The notes beneath the pieces were generated by a model. That model was not told the DNA's origin and made no database searches. It worked only from the letters and a program-made list of their open reading frames with translations. From Callorhinchus milii (Eukaryota): a DNA stretch of 64,000 nt. The stretch is from assembly GCF_018977255.1 (NCBI RefSeq), contig NW_024704849.1, positions 62,001-126,000 on the forward strand. Reading direction: 5' to 3'. Positions 62,450 through 64,000 of the stretch are shown here, piece by piece. Each line of letters opens with the position of its first letter. Position 1 is the stretch's first letter. The translations under genes were made by a program, and so were the position numbers.

Positions 62450-62852
62450 ATTGGAGCTACAGCATGTGTACATTTGTAGACAGTTGATAGCAAAAAGTTT
62501 TCGGCCCGTCACAACTTTCCCGTTATGAATTTCACGACGTAAATTCAAGTTAAAGTTTCTTATTTATTATTACTTTTTCAAATAGCAAAGGAAGACACTT
62601 CCATGTGCAGATCTCCGCAGAATGCAAAATATATGAAGTTATTTATGTGAAAATAACATGATCGTACTTAATAATAATAAGTATCGTTGCATTTAATACA
62701 GTGCAAAATCAGATCTTCGAAACGCCACAAAACACTTTGCCGTGAATCGAACCCACGTATCTTGCTTGCTTGGTTGCTTTCGATGCGAGCGCTATAAACA
62801 TTTAGCTACAGGCAGTTCTTGTAGGGCGGAATCGCTGATCTGTACCTCTGTG

Positions 62853-63992
62853 GGGCTCAGTGCACAGTAATACTCCGCAGAGTCCGTAACTCTCACTTGC
62901 GATATATTTAATGGGACGGTTCTCTCCCCTTTAGACACATTCGTGGAGAAACGTCCTTTTGCGAAGTCCGCGTGGTCCGGGAACTTGTTGCTGCTGTCTG
63001 TTCTTAGGATATATTCTGGAGCTTTATTGGGATAGTGACGGTACCAGAACAGATAGGGATCGCTGGTGCTTGTAGCTGTGTAATTACACTGCAGATAAAC
63101 ATTCTCCCCTTCATTCACTGTCAGAGTAGATTGCAGCTGTGTCACAGAATCTCCTCCACTATGTCCTGGGAAAGAGAAACACATCAGCGTTTAACAGCAA
63201 TAATAAAAATAATAATAATAACATGAATAATTATTGGATTTGATATAGCCCCTAATCACATGGTTGCGGTGTCTGCAAATGGTGCACATAATACACTTTT
63301 ACTTTGCAATTTGTGGGCGACACGTGGCAGTTAATTGCGCACAGCATTCACCCACAAACAGTAATGGAATGATTGACAGCATTTTTATTGTTAATATAAG
63401 TATACATTTTTTTGAAGGATTATTTACAAACGAAATATATTCCAACAATCGATTAACAAACGTGTATCTACTGACTTCTGGGCAAACAGAGTGTGTGTTT
63501 GTGGTGTAAGGTAACTTGCATAGGGTTTCGCCCTGTCTCGCCCGGGAATCGAAACCAGGTCATCTCGCTGACGAGACCAGTTCCTTGTCCGCTGAGCTAG
63601 AATTCTCCATGAGGCAGGTAGCGTATTGGTTATTTTATACAACAAACATAGGAACATACGAACAGAGAAATCAGGAACAGGAGTAGGCCCGTCGGACTCT
63701 CCAGCCTGCCTAGCCATTCAATAATATCATGACTGATCTTCTAACCTAACTCCATCTGCACTCCTGATCCCCATATCCCTTAAACCCTCTATCCTTTAGA
63801 AATCTATCAATCTCAGTCTTGAACCTGTAGATGGACTAAGCATCTACAGCCTTCTGCAGTAGAGAACTTCATAAATTCCATAAATAAACATAAGCATTTG
63901 ATAATATGTACAGGAAACAGGCTGATAGAGTTAGTTTATCGCTTACCTGATAAGGAAATGATGGTTGCTACCACATAGATATACATTATCAT
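62853..63992 (-). CDS. TRAV/DV: TCR alpha/delta V gene, family D, apparently functional
   Basis: Leader 63947-63992 MIMYIYVVATIISLS, G|GTAAG. V exon 62853-63165 GHSGGDSVTQ...YYCALSP. RSS: CACAGAG 62846-62852, 23 bp, ACAAGAACT 62814-62822. Confidence 0.92.
63645..63860 (-). mobile_element. CR1 LINE 3' end in the leader-V intron
   Basis: Homologous to 23895-23990, with the CR1-type 3' tail (GGCCTACTCCTGTTCCT on minus). Confidence 0.75.
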
Positions 63993-64000
63993 ATATATTT

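Noticed and set aside
1-64000. Prokaryotic-type features (CRISPR arrays, operons, IS elements, terminators) and TCR constant exons
   Set aside because: None seen. The DNA is intron-containing vertebrate sequence, and no C1-set exon or conventional FGxG J-alpha/J-delta segment was found in the window.

Overview
This is vertebrate genomic DNA: part of the V-segment array of a T-cell receptor alpha/delta locus from a cartilaginous fish. The taxon is inferred from NAR-TCR-type genes and the species cannot be determined. Every immune gene segment is on the minus strand, so D/J/C lie toward lower coordinates, outside the window. I reconstructed by hand 7 apparently intact conventional V genes (leader exon, V exon, 23-RSS), 11 conventional V pseudogenes or remnants, two complete rearranging NAR-type L-V-D-J mini-clusters (121-1673 and 43330-44895), one intact leaderless supporting V-delta (32743-33044) and a deleted second one. 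The main surprise lies between the upper NAR cluster and the supporting V: three intact 351-nt germline-joined NAR-type VDJ exons (40300-40650, 37132-37482, 35526-35876) plus a 5'-truncated fourth, none with a leader I could find. All splice junctions are phase 1 and in frame, and the spare cysteines form a bottom-to-top ladder. This predicts a TCR-delta chain with up to five stacked V domains, which is an inference needing transcript evidence. Other structure includes a ~10-kb segmental duplication (1-10000 vs 43210-52600), six co-oriented copies of a CTCF-motif module (one degenerate) downstream of V RSSs, a motif-dense element upstream of both supporting V copies, a 200-bp inverted duplication, tRNA-derived SINEs, L2/CR1 LINE fragments and three N gaps. 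Most ORFs in the supplied track are spurious.
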